Below, piece by piece: positions 17,596 to 26,865 of a stretch of DNA of 64,000 bases. The notes beneath the pieces were generated by a model. That model ran no database searches. It was not told the origin of the DNA and saw nothing but the letters and a program-made list of their open reading frames with translations. Each line of letters starts with the position of its first letter. Positions within the stretch are counted from its first letter, which is position 1. A program made the translations under genes and the position numbers. The stretch comes from a virus: the IMG/VR virus record IMGVR_UViG_3300046463_000164. One strand, given 5' to 3'.

Positions 17596-18528
17596 ATGGA
17601 ACACGGTTTTAAGAGCAAGTCAATTCGTAAGATTCTGAAGAATAAGATTGGCGATTGGATTAAGTCGGTTGACGATAAAGACGTACAAAGGCTACTGCGC
17701 CGTGACGTTATTGTTACCGGCGGTTCTATCGTTTCGATGTTGATGGGCGATGAGATCAAGGACTTCGACATCTACTTCAAGACGAAGGAAACGACAGAAG
17801 CTATTGCCGAGTATTACTGTAAGACTTTCACACGTCTGAACGGCGATCACGGCATGCAGCCCGTTGTAGAGGTTGATGAAAATGGCCGTGTTCAGATTCA
17901 CGTCCAAAGTCACGGAGTAGCTCAAGCGGATGACGCTGAAGATACCCCTGAATTCGCATATGAAGAAGGTCTTGGCGAGGGTGGTGCAGACGCAGTAGCT
18001 GATTACATCCTTAAGCCTCAACAAACCGAGGAAGCAAAGAAAGAACGCTATCGCCCGGTTTTCCTAAGCGCCAATGCTATTACCTTGACGGATAAGATCC
18101 AATTGGTGATTCGTTTCTATGGCTCTCCTGAAGAGATTCATAAGAATTACGACTTCGAGCATTGCAAGAACGTGTATGATTACCAAACTGATACTTTGGA
18201 TCTGCGCGCTTCGGCTCTTGAATCCATTCTCAGCAAGACCCTGAACTATACGGGTTCCCTATATCCGATTTGTAGCCTGTTCCGTATGCGCAAGTTTATT
18301 GAGCGCGGCTGGCGTATCTCGGCAGGGGAAATCCTGAAGATGGCATGGCAAGTCAACGATCTGGACCTTACAGATGTTAACGTTGTTAAGGATCAGCTGA
18401 CTGGATGCGACCAGGCGTACATGAATCATTTGCTGATTGTTATGGCAAAGGCGCGGGAAGAAAACCCGGAAGTTAAAATTGACTCGCTGTATATCGTGGA
18501 ACTAGTTGACAAGGTATTCAATCAATGA
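17596..18528 (+). CDS. Pol-beta-superfamily nucleotidyltransferase-like protein
   Basis: IVTGGSIVSML...IKDFDIYF (GG..S..DxD), IQLV, YDFEHC, FRMRKFIERGW. Confidence 0.65.
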   Translation: MEHGFKSKSIRKILKNKIGDWIKSVDDKDVQRLLRRDVIVTGGSIVSMLMGDEIKDFDIYFKTKETTEAIAEYYCKTFTRLNGDHGMQPVVEVDENGRVQIHVQSHGVAQADDAEDTPEFAYEEGLGEGGADAVADYILKPQQTEEAKKERYRPVFLSANAITLTDKIQLVIRFYGSPEEIHKNYDFEHCKNVYDYQTDTLDLRASALESILSKTLNYTGSLYPICSLFRMRKFIERGWRISAGEILKMAWQVNDLDLTDVNVVKDQLTGCDQAYMNHLLIVMAKAREENPEVKIDSLYIVELVDKVFNQ

Positions 18529-18749
18529 GCCAAGTTTGGATAGTAGTATTTCCGCGTTCTGATAAGACTAAGCTGGATTTAGTTCTGGCTTGGGATTATG
18601 AGTTCAGGGATTATTGCATCGCCTCCCGTAAAACATGGCCGTATGAGGGCAAGGACGAAGCTATTGCTTATGGCGTAGAGTTGGCCGATAAGCATAATCT
18701 CCAATGCGTGGGGGATTTGTTTGAACATCAAGAACATTATTTGGATTAA
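18525..18749 (+). CDS. Hypothetical protein
   Basis: ATGA-coupled ORF. Confidence 0.6.
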   Translation: MSQVWIVVFPRSDKTKLDLVLAWDYEFRDYCIASRKTWPYEGKDEAIAYGVELADKHNLQCVGDLFEHQEHYLD

Positions 18750-18751
18750 GT

Positions 18752-19006
18752 ATGCCATTGTATGAATATAAGTGCGAGAAGTGTGAGCATACCTTCTCGG
18801 ATGTTTTGAAGATTGCAGACCGCAATCAACCTAAAGAGGCTCCCTGCCCTAACTGTAAAGAAACGGGTGGTATTGATCAAGTGATAGGTTCTCCGCGTAT
18901 CGTTGCTGGAGTGGGCGATTTCCGCAAGGGAGTTCCAGACGTGTTCAAGGACCGTCTGCGGGAGATTAAGAAAACTGCTGGAAGGACAAGTACGATTGAC
19001 GTATAA
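18752..19006 (+). CDS. FmdB-family zinc-ribbon protein
   Basis: MPLYEYKCEKCEH...CPNC. Confidence 0.85.
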   Translation: MPLYEYKCEKCEHTFSDVLKIADRNQPKEAPCPNCKETGGIDQVIGSPRIVAGVGDFRKGVPDVFKDRLREIKKTAGRTSTIDV

Positions 19007-19198
19007 CAAATCTGATCAGTTTTATTCGAAACAAATTGGTCCCGTATTATGTGCTTGTATGGGACCGGTTCATGGTGAACCCTTGTGTCCTTGTAGTATG
19101 AGGAACGCGGGTTTGCCTATGTCCAAAGAGCATGCAGAAGCTGCGGGAATAGATAGAGAATCCCTAGAGATTTTCTTCAAGAACTGGCAGGAGCGTGC

Positions 19199-19519
19199 AT
19201 GAATGACTGCTCCGAATATGATTACGGAATCAAGAAAATGGTAATCTCTCTTGATTACGACGACACATACACCCGCGATCCCCGTCTATGGGACGCCTTC
19301 ATTACAGCTGCTAAGGCTAGTGGTCATACTGTGTATTGCGTTACAATGCGATATCGTAAAGAAGGCGCTGATGTAGTTCGCACCCTCACTGGCAAGGTGG
19401 ACAATATTTTCTTCACCGAACGCCGAAATAAACACGACTTTATGTTTGAACAAGGTATCTCAGTCAACGTATGGATTGACGATATGCCGTGGTTCATCCT
19501 TCATGACGCAAGGAAGTAA
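19199..19519 (+). CDS. Small HAD-superfamily hydrolase
   Basis: ISLDYDDTY, VTMR, K, WIDD. Confidence 0.7.
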   Translation: MNDCSEYDYGIKKMVISLDYDDTYTRDPRLWDAFITAAKASGHTVYCVTMRYRKEGADVVRTLTGKVDNIFFTERRNKHDFMFEQGISVNVWIDDMPWFILHDARK

Positions 19520-19520
19520 A

Positions 19521-19784
19521 ATGGAAAACGTAGTTGAAGCAACTCCCGTGGCGATTCCTTCGTCTGAAGAGTTTTCGCTTGAAGTGGAAAGCCGGGCGTG
19601 GTCGGATAAGGATGAAGATTCCTATATTTATCATACCACTCAGTATATTGAAGAACTGGGTCTTGAGCCCGAAGATGGTAAGAAGCTGATCAGCCCTTCA
19701 TTGTTTGATAAGATCAAAAATGAAGCAATGCAGCTGCGTCTACTGAAAGAACGTAACACCACTAGCTCTGTGATCGGGTTCTAA
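19521..19784 (+). CDS. 33: Late transcription coactivator gp33
   Basis: FSLEVE, ISPSLFDKIKNEAMQLRLLK; position before gene 32. Confidence 0.8.
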   Translation: MENVVEATPVAIPSSEEFSLEVESRAWSDKDEDSYIYHTTQYIEELGLEPEDGKKLISPSLFDKIKNEAMQLRLLKERNTTSSVIGF

Positions 19785-19926
19785 GGTATAATATGTGTCT
19801 GGCGTAAAAAGCCAGACTAAATAAACGTATAGCGGCAAGAGAAGGTCAGAAGCTCATTGCTCGTTCCATCCTAAAAGAAAGAATGACATTCTATGAAACT
19901 AAAATTATTGTAAGCGAGATATAAAC

Positions 19927-20961
19927 ATGGCTGTAGATTTTAACGCACTACGTGCACGTAAAGGTTCAAACTTCCAAGCTCTGCAACAAAAGCTGGAAAA
20001 GACTGGTCAAAATGGCGGTGGATTCAAGAAAGATGAACGCATTTGGAAGCCGGTTCGTAATGCAAAAGACAACAAGTCTGTGAATATTATCCGATTCCTG
20101 CCTATTCCGTTTGTGGATGAGGTTGGTGTCGAAGAAGGTAAGTACAAGGCTGAAGACCTGACTCCGATGGCTAAGATTCTGAGCCACGGTTTCCAAGGAC
20201 CGAAGGGTTGGTACATCGAAAAGTCGCTTCAGACGTTCGGTGAAGACTGTCCTGTTCGTGCCTATGATGGCCCGCTTTGGGGTACTGCCAAGAAGAACAA
20301 TGATGAGATTCTTAAGAATGCTCTGAAGAAGCGTTTGCCGAGCACGACCTATTACGCCAACGTTCTCATTATCAAGGATGGTACGAATCCTGAGAACAAC
20401 GGTAAGGTTATGATCTATGAATTCGGTGAGACGATTCGTAAGATTCTTGAGAAGTGTAACAAGCCTGAGTTTGATACTGATCCGGTGTTTGACCCGTTCG
20501 ATATGTTCGAAGGTGCAGACCTGATCTTGAACTTGACGTACACGAAGAAGAAGATTGGTGAGAAGGAAATCGACGCGCCGAATTTTGATAGCGTCAAGTG
20601 GGGTCCGCAAGGCCCGTTGGCTGGTGGTGATGAAGCTGAAATGGAACGCATTTGGAAGGCATCGCATTCCATCGCTGAGTTCTATGATCGTAAGAACTTC
20701 AAGACCTACGACGAACTGAAGGCAAAGTATGAGAAGGTTATGGGTATTGGTGCCGAAGGCGGTTCTGATGTTCCCGCAGCCGGTAAGCCTAAGACTGCAG
20801 AGCAAATGCTTGATGAAATGACTGGCGGCTCGAAAGAAGCTCCTGCTGAACAAGCTAAGTCAACTCCTGCTCCGTCTGTCGGAAAGACTGCTGACGCAGC
20901 GCCTTTGGCTGGCGATTCGGATGAAATGGCTGAGTTTGAGCGCCTCCTACAAGGTATGTAA
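19927..20961 (+). CDS. 32: Single-stranded DNA-binding protein gp32
   Basis: DERIWKP, IRFLP, HGFQGPKGWYIE, YYANVL, PENNGKV, PFD..EGAD, acidic tail. Confidence 0.95.
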   Translation: MAVDFNALRARKGSNFQALQQKLEKTGQNGGGFKKDERIWKPVRNAKDNKSVNIIRFLPIPFVDEVGVEEGKYKAEDLTPMAKILSHGFQGPKGWYIEKSLQTFGEDCPVRAYDGPLWGTAKKNNDEILKNALKKRLPSTTYYANVLIIKDGTNPENNGKVMIYEFGETIRKILEKCNKPEFDTDPVFDPFDMFEGADLILNLTYTKKKIGEKEIDAPNFDSVKWGPQGPLAGGDEAEMERIWKASHSIAEFYDRKNFKTYDELKAKYEKVMGIGAEGGSDVPAAGKPKTAEQMLDEMTGGSKEAPAEQAKSTPAPSVGKTADAAPLAGDSDEMAEFERLLQGM

Positions 20962-20973
20962 TATGTAAAACAG

Positions 20974-21001
20974 AAAAGCCCTTCCTCACGGAAGGGCTTT
21001 T
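20974..21001. terminator. Bidirectional terminator
   Basis: AAAAGCCCTTCC-TCAC-GGAAGGGCTTTT. Confidence 0.85.
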
Positions 21002-21002
21002 G

Positions 21003-21680
21003 TTATTTGTGCTTACAGTTATCGTTATGCCATCGCTTAAGGTTTCCTGCAGTACACTCAGTTCCGCAATGAATACAATTATATCTTTCTTGATTACGGC
21101 AAGACTCGCTCATCTTGTTTTTAACTTCTTCAGATACGACCTTATCCTTCAGTTTAGCTAGGCTCTCTGGAGTATGTTTTCTTCCCTTGAATGGAGATTC
21201 GATTTTCCTTTCTAATCTAGTTTTGGAAATCTTGTCCTTAGTTTCCTGATCTCTAGGAATGCCTTTATTCCATGCTTCTACGCCCATACGATTTTCAGAC
21301 ATCCTCCTTTTCTCATCTTCAGTTCTTGGGATACCCTTGTTCCAAGCCGGGATGCCGCTTCTTGTTTCTGATATTCTGGTTTTCTGTTCCTCAGTCAATA
21401 ACCCATTGGTTCCGCCTTCTCGCATATTATACGTATCTGGTCTATCGCAGAATTCTAAAGTGACAATCTCAGCTTCTGCTATATTGGCCAATTCTCTTGT
21501 ATCGAATGTACTTATAATTTCCTTGGTAAAGTTATCTAACCCATACTTATTATGAGCCCTGATGATAGCGACGCCAGACCCCATATATTTGTCTTCATTT
21601 GGATCACATTCACATGATCTGACTCCAACATAAATCTTGCTGTTTATGTTATTTGTTATCTGATATACATAATGGTTCAT
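21003..21680 (-). CDS. Free-standing GIY-YIG (Seg-like) homing endonuclease
   Basis: YVYQITNNINSKIYVG, YMGSG, YN..GG, repeated WNKGIPR NUMOD3 units, C-terminal CxxC...RWH..NCK. Confidence 0.9.
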   Translation of the reverse strand: MNHYVYQITNNINSKIYVGVRSCECDPNEDKYMGSGVAIIRAHNKYGLDNFTKEIISTFDTRELANIAEAEIVTLEFCDRPDTYNMREGGTNGLLTEEQKTRISETRSGIPAWNKGIPRTEDEKRRMSENRMGVEAWNKGIPRDQETKDKISKTRLERKIESPFKGRKHTPESLAKLKDKVVSEEVKNKMSESCRNQERYNCIHCGTECTAGNLKRWHNDNCKHK

Positions 21681-21759
21681 ATGGATAAGCCTTTACTTTA
21701 TATGTAAAATATAGTATGATAGGATTAACTTAACTAACCCTAGTGGATGGAATATTTAG

Positions 21760-22311
21760 ATGGGTATTATTGCATGCGACGTGGATTTGACGGTCGTTGA
21801 TTCGCTAACACCTTGGATGGACTGGTTCAAACAGTTCACGGATAAGCCAGTATTGAATTTGACTCGGACCTATGATTTGGTCACTGAGATGAAAGAGATT
21901 CTGGTTGCCGATGGTCTGAAGAACTATGTAGACCCGATATCATTCTGGCGCAAGCCGGATTTGTATGACAAGTTGGAACCGGTGGAGGGTTCTGTAGAAG
22001 CGCTTAAGCGAGCCCATGATAATGGACAAACTATCGTATTTGTGAGTTCATGCTTCCCAGAACACACCCAGTCTAAGATCAATTTTCTGAAACGTTGCTT
22101 CAATTTCTCAGACGGTTTTATCGCTACGCACGAAAAGCATTACGTTGCTTATAGCGAGTTGATCGACGATAAGCTGGAACATATGGCTCTCGGATTCGAG
22201 CATCGCTATATGGCCAGCCATATCTTGTTCACTGGAATTCGTGCGGATGGTTTCGAGAAGGACCGCGAGCCGTATGAACAGATGAATAGTTGGGATGATT
22301 ACTACCGCTAA
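21760..22311 (+). CDS. 5'(3')-deoxyribonucleotidase-like HAD
   Basis: ACDVDLTVVD, FW...LY..L.P..G, K..FLK..F, LIDD. Confidence 0.8.
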   Translation: MGIIACDVDLTVVDSLTPWMDWFKQFTDKPVLNLTRTYDLVTEMKEILVADGLKNYVDPISFWRKPDLYDKLEPVEGSVEALKRAHDNGQTIVFVSSCFPEHTQSKINFLKRCFNFSDGFIATHEKHYVAYSELIDDKLEHMALGFEHRYMASHILFTGIRADGFEKDREPYEQMNSWDDYYR

Positions 22312-22340
22312 ATTTCGTTTTTAACCTACCCAATATAGAT

Positions 22341-23414
22341 ATGAAACATAGATCACGCGATGTATTCTATTGTGACGTCAGAAAAGATGTGATCAAGGCG
22401 GCTAATCCGACTTTGAATGAGGATGTGCTAGCAAACCTATACGAGTTCATCCACGACCGTTACGAGATTCATAAAAAGAAGGATGTTGAGAAGCTGCCTG
22501 CTCCCTGGACGGATAATCCGATTTTCCTACAGGTAAAGTTCACCAACGTTCGTAGAGAGCATGACCGCGAATCTCGCAACGTTATTGATAATATCTGTAA
22601 GGCTGAAGCTAGTCTGAAGGATCGATTCTTCAATATCATTCTGATGCGATTCTGGAATAAGTTTGAATCCTACCAGATCGCAACAGGCGGCAAGTTGCTG
22701 AAGTTTCCTCTGAGCGATGAGGACTTCGAAGCATGCAACAAACGGATTGCAGACAACGAAGCCCATACCTGGTGGAGTGGCGCATACTACACCTGTCCGG
22801 TTCGTAGCTGGCTTGAACGAGTCCATTTTGAGAAGAAGATTCCTACCAGTGAAATCAACTTCGATCAGTCTCCCATCTACTTCGCAAAGTACGCTTTGAC
22901 TGATGAACTATGGGAGAAGATGGTTGCTGCGGAAAGCCCGAAGGAACTGTTTGACTTGTTGACTGCTATTCCGTGGATGGGTAAGTTCCTTGTATACCAG
23001 TGGTTCGTAGATTTTACCTATTGTGAGGATTATTGGTTTAGCGAGAATGAGTACACGGTATCTGGTCCTGGTTGCACTAAGGGCGTTGACTTGCTGTTTA
23101 AGGACCGTGACGGAATGACTCACGAGGAATGTTTGTTCTGGATGCGTGATAATCAGAACAAAATGTTCAACAAGTTTGGTTATAATCCCACAGAGCTATT
23201 CAGCGATTTGGAAGGGTTCGACCGTCACATCAATATCATGAGCTTTGAAAATCTCATGTGTGAACTCCAGAAGTTCCAGAAGTGTAAGGCAGCTATTGTC
23301 GCAGGTAAGAAGCCGAGAGGTAAGGCCAGCTATGACGGCCTTGGAGTTAAGACCGCAAAGAAGGCCAAATCAACGGCTGTTGATAAACCAGTTAATTTGT
23401 TTGAAGGGTTTTGA
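22341..23414 (+). CDS. aGPT-Pplase clade 1-like protein (thymidine hypermodification)
   Basis: PAPWTDNPIF..KFTNVRREHDR, GKFLVYQWFVDFTY, GPGCTKG, ENLMCELQKF. Confidence 0.8.
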   Translation: MKHRSRDVFYCDVRKDVIKAANPTLNEDVLANLYEFIHDRYEIHKKKDVEKLPAPWTDNPIFLQVKFTNVRREHDRESRNVIDNICKAEASLKDRFFNIILMRFWNKFESYQIATGGKLLKFPLSDEDFEACNKRIADNEAHTWWSGAYYTCPVRSWLERVHFEKKIPTSEINFDQSPIYFAKYALTDELWEKMVAAESPKELFDLLTAIPWMGKFLVYQWFVDFTYCEDYWFSENEYTVSGPGCTKGVDLLFKDRDGMTHEECLFWMRDNQNKMFNKFGYNPTELFSDLEGFDRHINIMSFENLMCELQKFQKCKAAIVAGKKPRGKASYDGLGVKTAKKAKSTAVDKPVNLFEGF

Positions 23415-23692
23415 TGAGTAAGAGTTTGTTTGTTTTAATTTCTGATGGCGGCGATGGTAGCTACTATCCTAGATTCACATTGAATGTAGATTTGGTGGTT
23501 AAGCTGCAAGCAGCTTATGATGCCAATTTAATGACTTACGAGAATGGAATTGGTTGTGACGGGGACGGATTCCACTATGCGGCCATCCAGGTGCCGGATG
23601 ATGCAACTTATGAATCTCTTGGCATCACATATCCCATATCTGATACTTATGCGGATAAGTTCAAATCTGACGGCGAGGAAGTAGATGAGTAA
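23411..23692 (+). CDS. Hypothetical protein
   Basis: Coupled acidic ORF (DGGDGS). Confidence 0.6.
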   Translation: MMSKSLFVLISDGGDGSYYPRFTLNVDLVVKLQAAYDANLMTYENGIGCDGDGFHYAAIQVPDDATYESLGITYPISDTYADKFKSDGEEVDE

Positions 23693-24278
23693 GAATGCTT
23701 TTCAAGATCACCTTGCGGTGATTGACCTTGAGACCCTGGCGGTAGGCAGCGATGCTCCTATCCTATCGTTGGGGTTAACAGTTTCCCGGTATGACGACAC
23801 ATCGCAGACTTTTGATACTCTAGTGCAGAATGGTCTGTACTTGAAGTTTGATCTCAAAGAGCAGCTTGACCGTGGCCGCAAGGCGTCTACCCGCGTAGTG
23901 AAGTGGTGGTATGAACAATCGGTTGAAGCTCGAAAGGTTTTGATACCTAATCCTGCGGATATATCCCTTTATGGGGTAGGTGATCAGATCCAGGAATTCT
24001 TCAAATCGAAGGGCATCGACATCAAGAAGGTTGATTGGTACGACCGTAATTGCTTCGATCTTTCAAAGCTTCAGTATCTGTTCGAGGAAGATTTGAACCA
24101 GGACGTGATTTGGAACTACCATAACACGTTCGATGTCGCAACGGCTTTCCGGTTCTTAGGATTTGATCGGTATGCGGGCGTTAGGGTTAGCGACTTCCCC
24201 GGTGCGATCTATCACAACGCCCTACACGATGCTGCTGTAGATCATATGCGAATTTTCAAGGCTCTGCACTCAGAATGA
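23685..24278 (+). CDS. dexA: DexA-like 3'-5' exonuclease (DEDDh)
   Basis: VIDLETL, KWW..Q, FD, HNALHDAAVD. Confidence 0.8.
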   Translation: MSKNAFQDHLAVIDLETLAVGSDAPILSLGLTVSRYDDTSQTFDTLVQNGLYLKFDLKEQLDRGRKASTRVVKWWYEQSVEARKVLIPNPADISLYGVGDQIQEFFKSKGIDIKKVDWYDRNCFDLSKLQYLFEEDLNQDVIWNYHNTFDVATAFRFLGFDRYAGVRVSDFPGAIYHNALHDAAVDHMRIFKALHSE

Positions 24279-24481
24279 ACCACTATAGAGTGAAGGTTTT
24301 TATTCCAGATGATATGGGGTGTGGTACAACCACATACTTCGGAAGACACGCCGAAAGCGCTCAAGAGGCTATGGAGTCAGTGGCCGAAGATAATCCAGAC
24401 ATAGAAGTGATTCAGGCAATTCTCAGCTAAATTAGTATGAGGGTGAAGAAAATACCCTCACACAATTAACCGGAGAATTGT

Positions 24482-25105
24482 ATGAAGTTAAGAAAGTTTT
24501 CAGCCAACAAACCCGCTGCACACCTTCCTGTGAGCATCGAGGATATCAAGTCATATTCTCCTATCGGATACGAGGCTCAAGTTGTTCCGCCTCTAGTCAT
24601 ATACATCTATGATGAAATCGGTCCAGAAGTTGATTATGTAGATTTTGTCCACGCCCTGCGTTATGCGCCAGAAGGACAAGAAATTACAATCCACATCAAC
24701 TCTCCAGGCGGTAATCTCAACTCTTGTCTATCTATCATCAATGCGATTGATGCCTCTGCGGCTAATATCACAACTGTGGTTGACGGGGAAGCTGCGAGCG
24801 CTGCGGCAATGATTTGGTTGTCTGGTCATAACAAAATCATCGCTTCCACCCACGTTTGCGTTATGCTTCACGGCGCGAGCACCGGATTTGGTCATGCAAA
24901 GACCGCCGACATTAAGAATAGCACAACTGCGACAGAACGAATCGTTGAGTCTCTGTTGGATGATCTTACTGAAGGATTCTTGACTGACGATGAACGTTCT
25001 GATATCCGTAAGGGTGTTGACGTCTATCTAACCGGCTCTGATATTGTTGCACGTATCATTACGGATGACAGCGATGAAGTAGATCCAAATACGGAAATTG
25101 AATAA
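24482..25105 (+). CDS. ClpP-like serine protease
   Basis: IHINSPGG, AASAAAMI, VMLH. Confidence 0.85.
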   Translation: MKLRKFSANKPAAHLPVSIEDIKSYSPIGYEAQVVPPLVIYIYDEIGPEVDYVDFVHALRYAPEGQEITIHINSPGGNLNSCLSIINAIDASAANITTVVDGEAASAAAMIWLSGHNKIIASTHVCVMLHGASTGFGHAKTADIKNSTTATERIVESLLDDLTEGFLTDDERSDIRKGVDVYLTGSDIVARIITDDSDEVDPNTEIE

Positions 25106-25631
25106 ACTTAAAAACAAGTTCGTGTTCGCGCACATGAAGGCGGCACGCAGCTATGCTGATGAATTATCTTACTGTGTAAGATTGAAGGTGGGTGCGCTTA
25201 TTGTAAAAGATGAGCGTATGATCTCATTTGGGTATAATGGGATGCCTTCCGGAGAACCAAATGTTTGTGAGCTTGATGATGGCACAACAAATCCTAGGGT
25301 AAGACACGCTGAACCTAATGCTTTGCGTAAGCTCATTAGATCAAACGAGTCTGCGGTTGGATCGATTATGTTTATAACCGATTCTCCTTGTCCTAACTGC
25401 GCAATTGATATTTTTGAGGCTGGTATCGCAGCCGTTGTTTTTGAACGCGAATATCGTGATGTTTCCGGCATTCGATTCCTTCTAAGCAAAGGAGTCAAAG
25501 TGTTTCGCGTAGATACTGAAAAGCGTAATATTTTCGAATTTCAACGCGCTATACAGCCGGTGGATGATGGCCAATCATTCCGTATGGGATTGATGGTATC
25601 TCTATTGACTGGCGACAGTATCTGTTTTTAG
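25098..25631 (+). CDS. cd: dCMP deaminase
   Basis: SYCVRLKVGA, GYNG, HAEPNA, SPCPNC. Confidence 0.9.
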   Translation: MNKLKNKFVFAHMKAARSYADELSYCVRLKVGALIVKDERMISFGYNGMPSGEPNVCELDDGTTNPRVRHAEPNALRKLIRSNESAVGSIMFITDSPCPNCAIDIFEAGIAAVVFEREYRDVSGIRFLLSKGVKVFRVDTEKRNIFEFQRAIQPVDDGQSFRMGLMVSLLTGDSICF

Positions 25632-25660
25632 ATGTTGTAATAACCCATTAAAGGATTGAC

Positions 25661-26431
25661 ATGGGAAAGAAGATGCGCAGAGCTTCAACAAGAGAAGAAC
25701 GTGACCCGCGAGGTCTACCAAGGGATAGCCGTGGTGCCCTATTGGACCCAAGAGAAGTCGCGACAACGTATGACCGCACCCCGAAAGCAAGACCTAGCTT
25801 TCACCTTCAGCCTAAGAATGAAAAACAAGAAGAAATGATTAAGGCTATTAATAGTAGCTCAATCGTTATCGCTGAAGCACCCGCAGGTTGTGGTAAGACG
25901 TTTATCTCAGGTAGTATGGCTGCCAAATTCCTCGCTGAAGGATCGGTCGATAAGATCATTCTAACGCGAGCAAATGTACACGTTGGTAAATCTCTAGGTA
26001 TGTTGCCTGGCTCGGTAACGGATAAGATGGAACCGTTGCTAGCCCCAATCCTGGCAGTACTGAGAGAGCGTATGGGCGATGGTCTGTATGGCTACAACCT
26101 AGCTAAGCAGAAGATTGTAATGCAACCGATTGAATATATTCGCGGTAATTCTTTCCGTGATACATTCTTGATCATCGATGAGGCACAAAACCTTACCGTT
26201 GAAGAAGTGCAAGCCCTGGTAACACGCTATGAATCGGGTCGCATTCTATTCCTGGGCGATAATTTCCAAACAGATATCAAGGGTTTGAACGGACTTGATT
26301 GGTTGGAAAAATTCTCAAATCGCCATGAGCTTAATTATCCAGTGATTAAGTTTGGACTAGAACACATTGTTCGTAGTTCGCTGGTCAAGGAATTCTTGAC
26401 AGCTTTGTATAGCGAATTGAAACAAAAATAA
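25661..26431 (+). CDS. phoH: PhoH-family ATPase
   Basis: APAGCGKT, LG.LPG, YIRG, IIDEAQN, GD..QTD, IVRS. Confidence 0.92.
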   Translation: MGKKMRRASTREERDPRGLPRDSRGALLDPREVATTYDRTPKARPSFHLQPKNEKQEEMIKAINSSSIVIAEAPAGCGKTFISGSMAAKFLAEGSVDKIILTRANVHVGKSLGMLPGSVTDKMEPLLAPILAVLRERMGDGLYGYNLAKQKIVMQPIEYIRGNSFRDTFLIIDEAQNLTVEEVQALVTRYESGRILFLGDNFQTDIKGLNGLDWLEKFSNRHELNYPVIKFGLEHIVRSSLVKEFLTALYSELKQK

Positions 26432-26449
26432 AATACATTCGTTGTAAAG

Positions 26450-26475
26450 AAGCCGCCTATCAAGGGCGGCTTTTT
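26450..26475 (+). terminator. Intrinsic terminator
   Basis: AAGCCGCC-loop-GGCGGCTTTTT. Confidence 0.8.
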
Positions 26476-26520
26476 GCGTTTCTAAATTAAGATATATAAT
26501 TCCATCTATAGGGACGCAAT

Positions 26521-26865
26521 ATGCTCAAGGATTTCAGAGACGAGAACAACGATATTGTTACTATGTTTAGAGGCACTGATGCCTCGCATAAGTTTCAATA
26601 CACTCTAGACAGCGGATCGGTATTCATCCCTGGACAATATACTATTGTTTGCGAAGGTAGACTTGCCTACGCAAGTGAGACACCAGATTTCACATTCGAT
26701 GTTACTTCAGAACAAGTAGAAGGTCAATGGTATATGACCATCAAATTTCCAAAGACTGATATCACAGCCAGCGTGCGTGAGAACAAGATATATTGGAAAG
26801 TATTGGCTGCCGATTCTACCGGTAACACTTTCGTCATCAATTACGGCGAGGTATGGTTGAGATGA
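26521..26865 (+). CDS. Hypothetical, probably virion/baseplate protein
   Basis: First gene after the CTAAATTA late-type motif, upstream of gp5. Confidence 0.55.
   Translation: MLKDFRDENNDIVTMFRGTDASHKFQYTLDSGSVFIPGQYTIVCEGRLAYASETPDFTFDVTSEQVEGQWYMTIKFPKTDITASVRENKIYWKVLAADSTGNTFVINYGEVWLR

Noticed and set aside
19966-20853. 295-aa antisense ORF
   Set aside because: Mirror of codon-biased gene 32, with no motifs or RBS.
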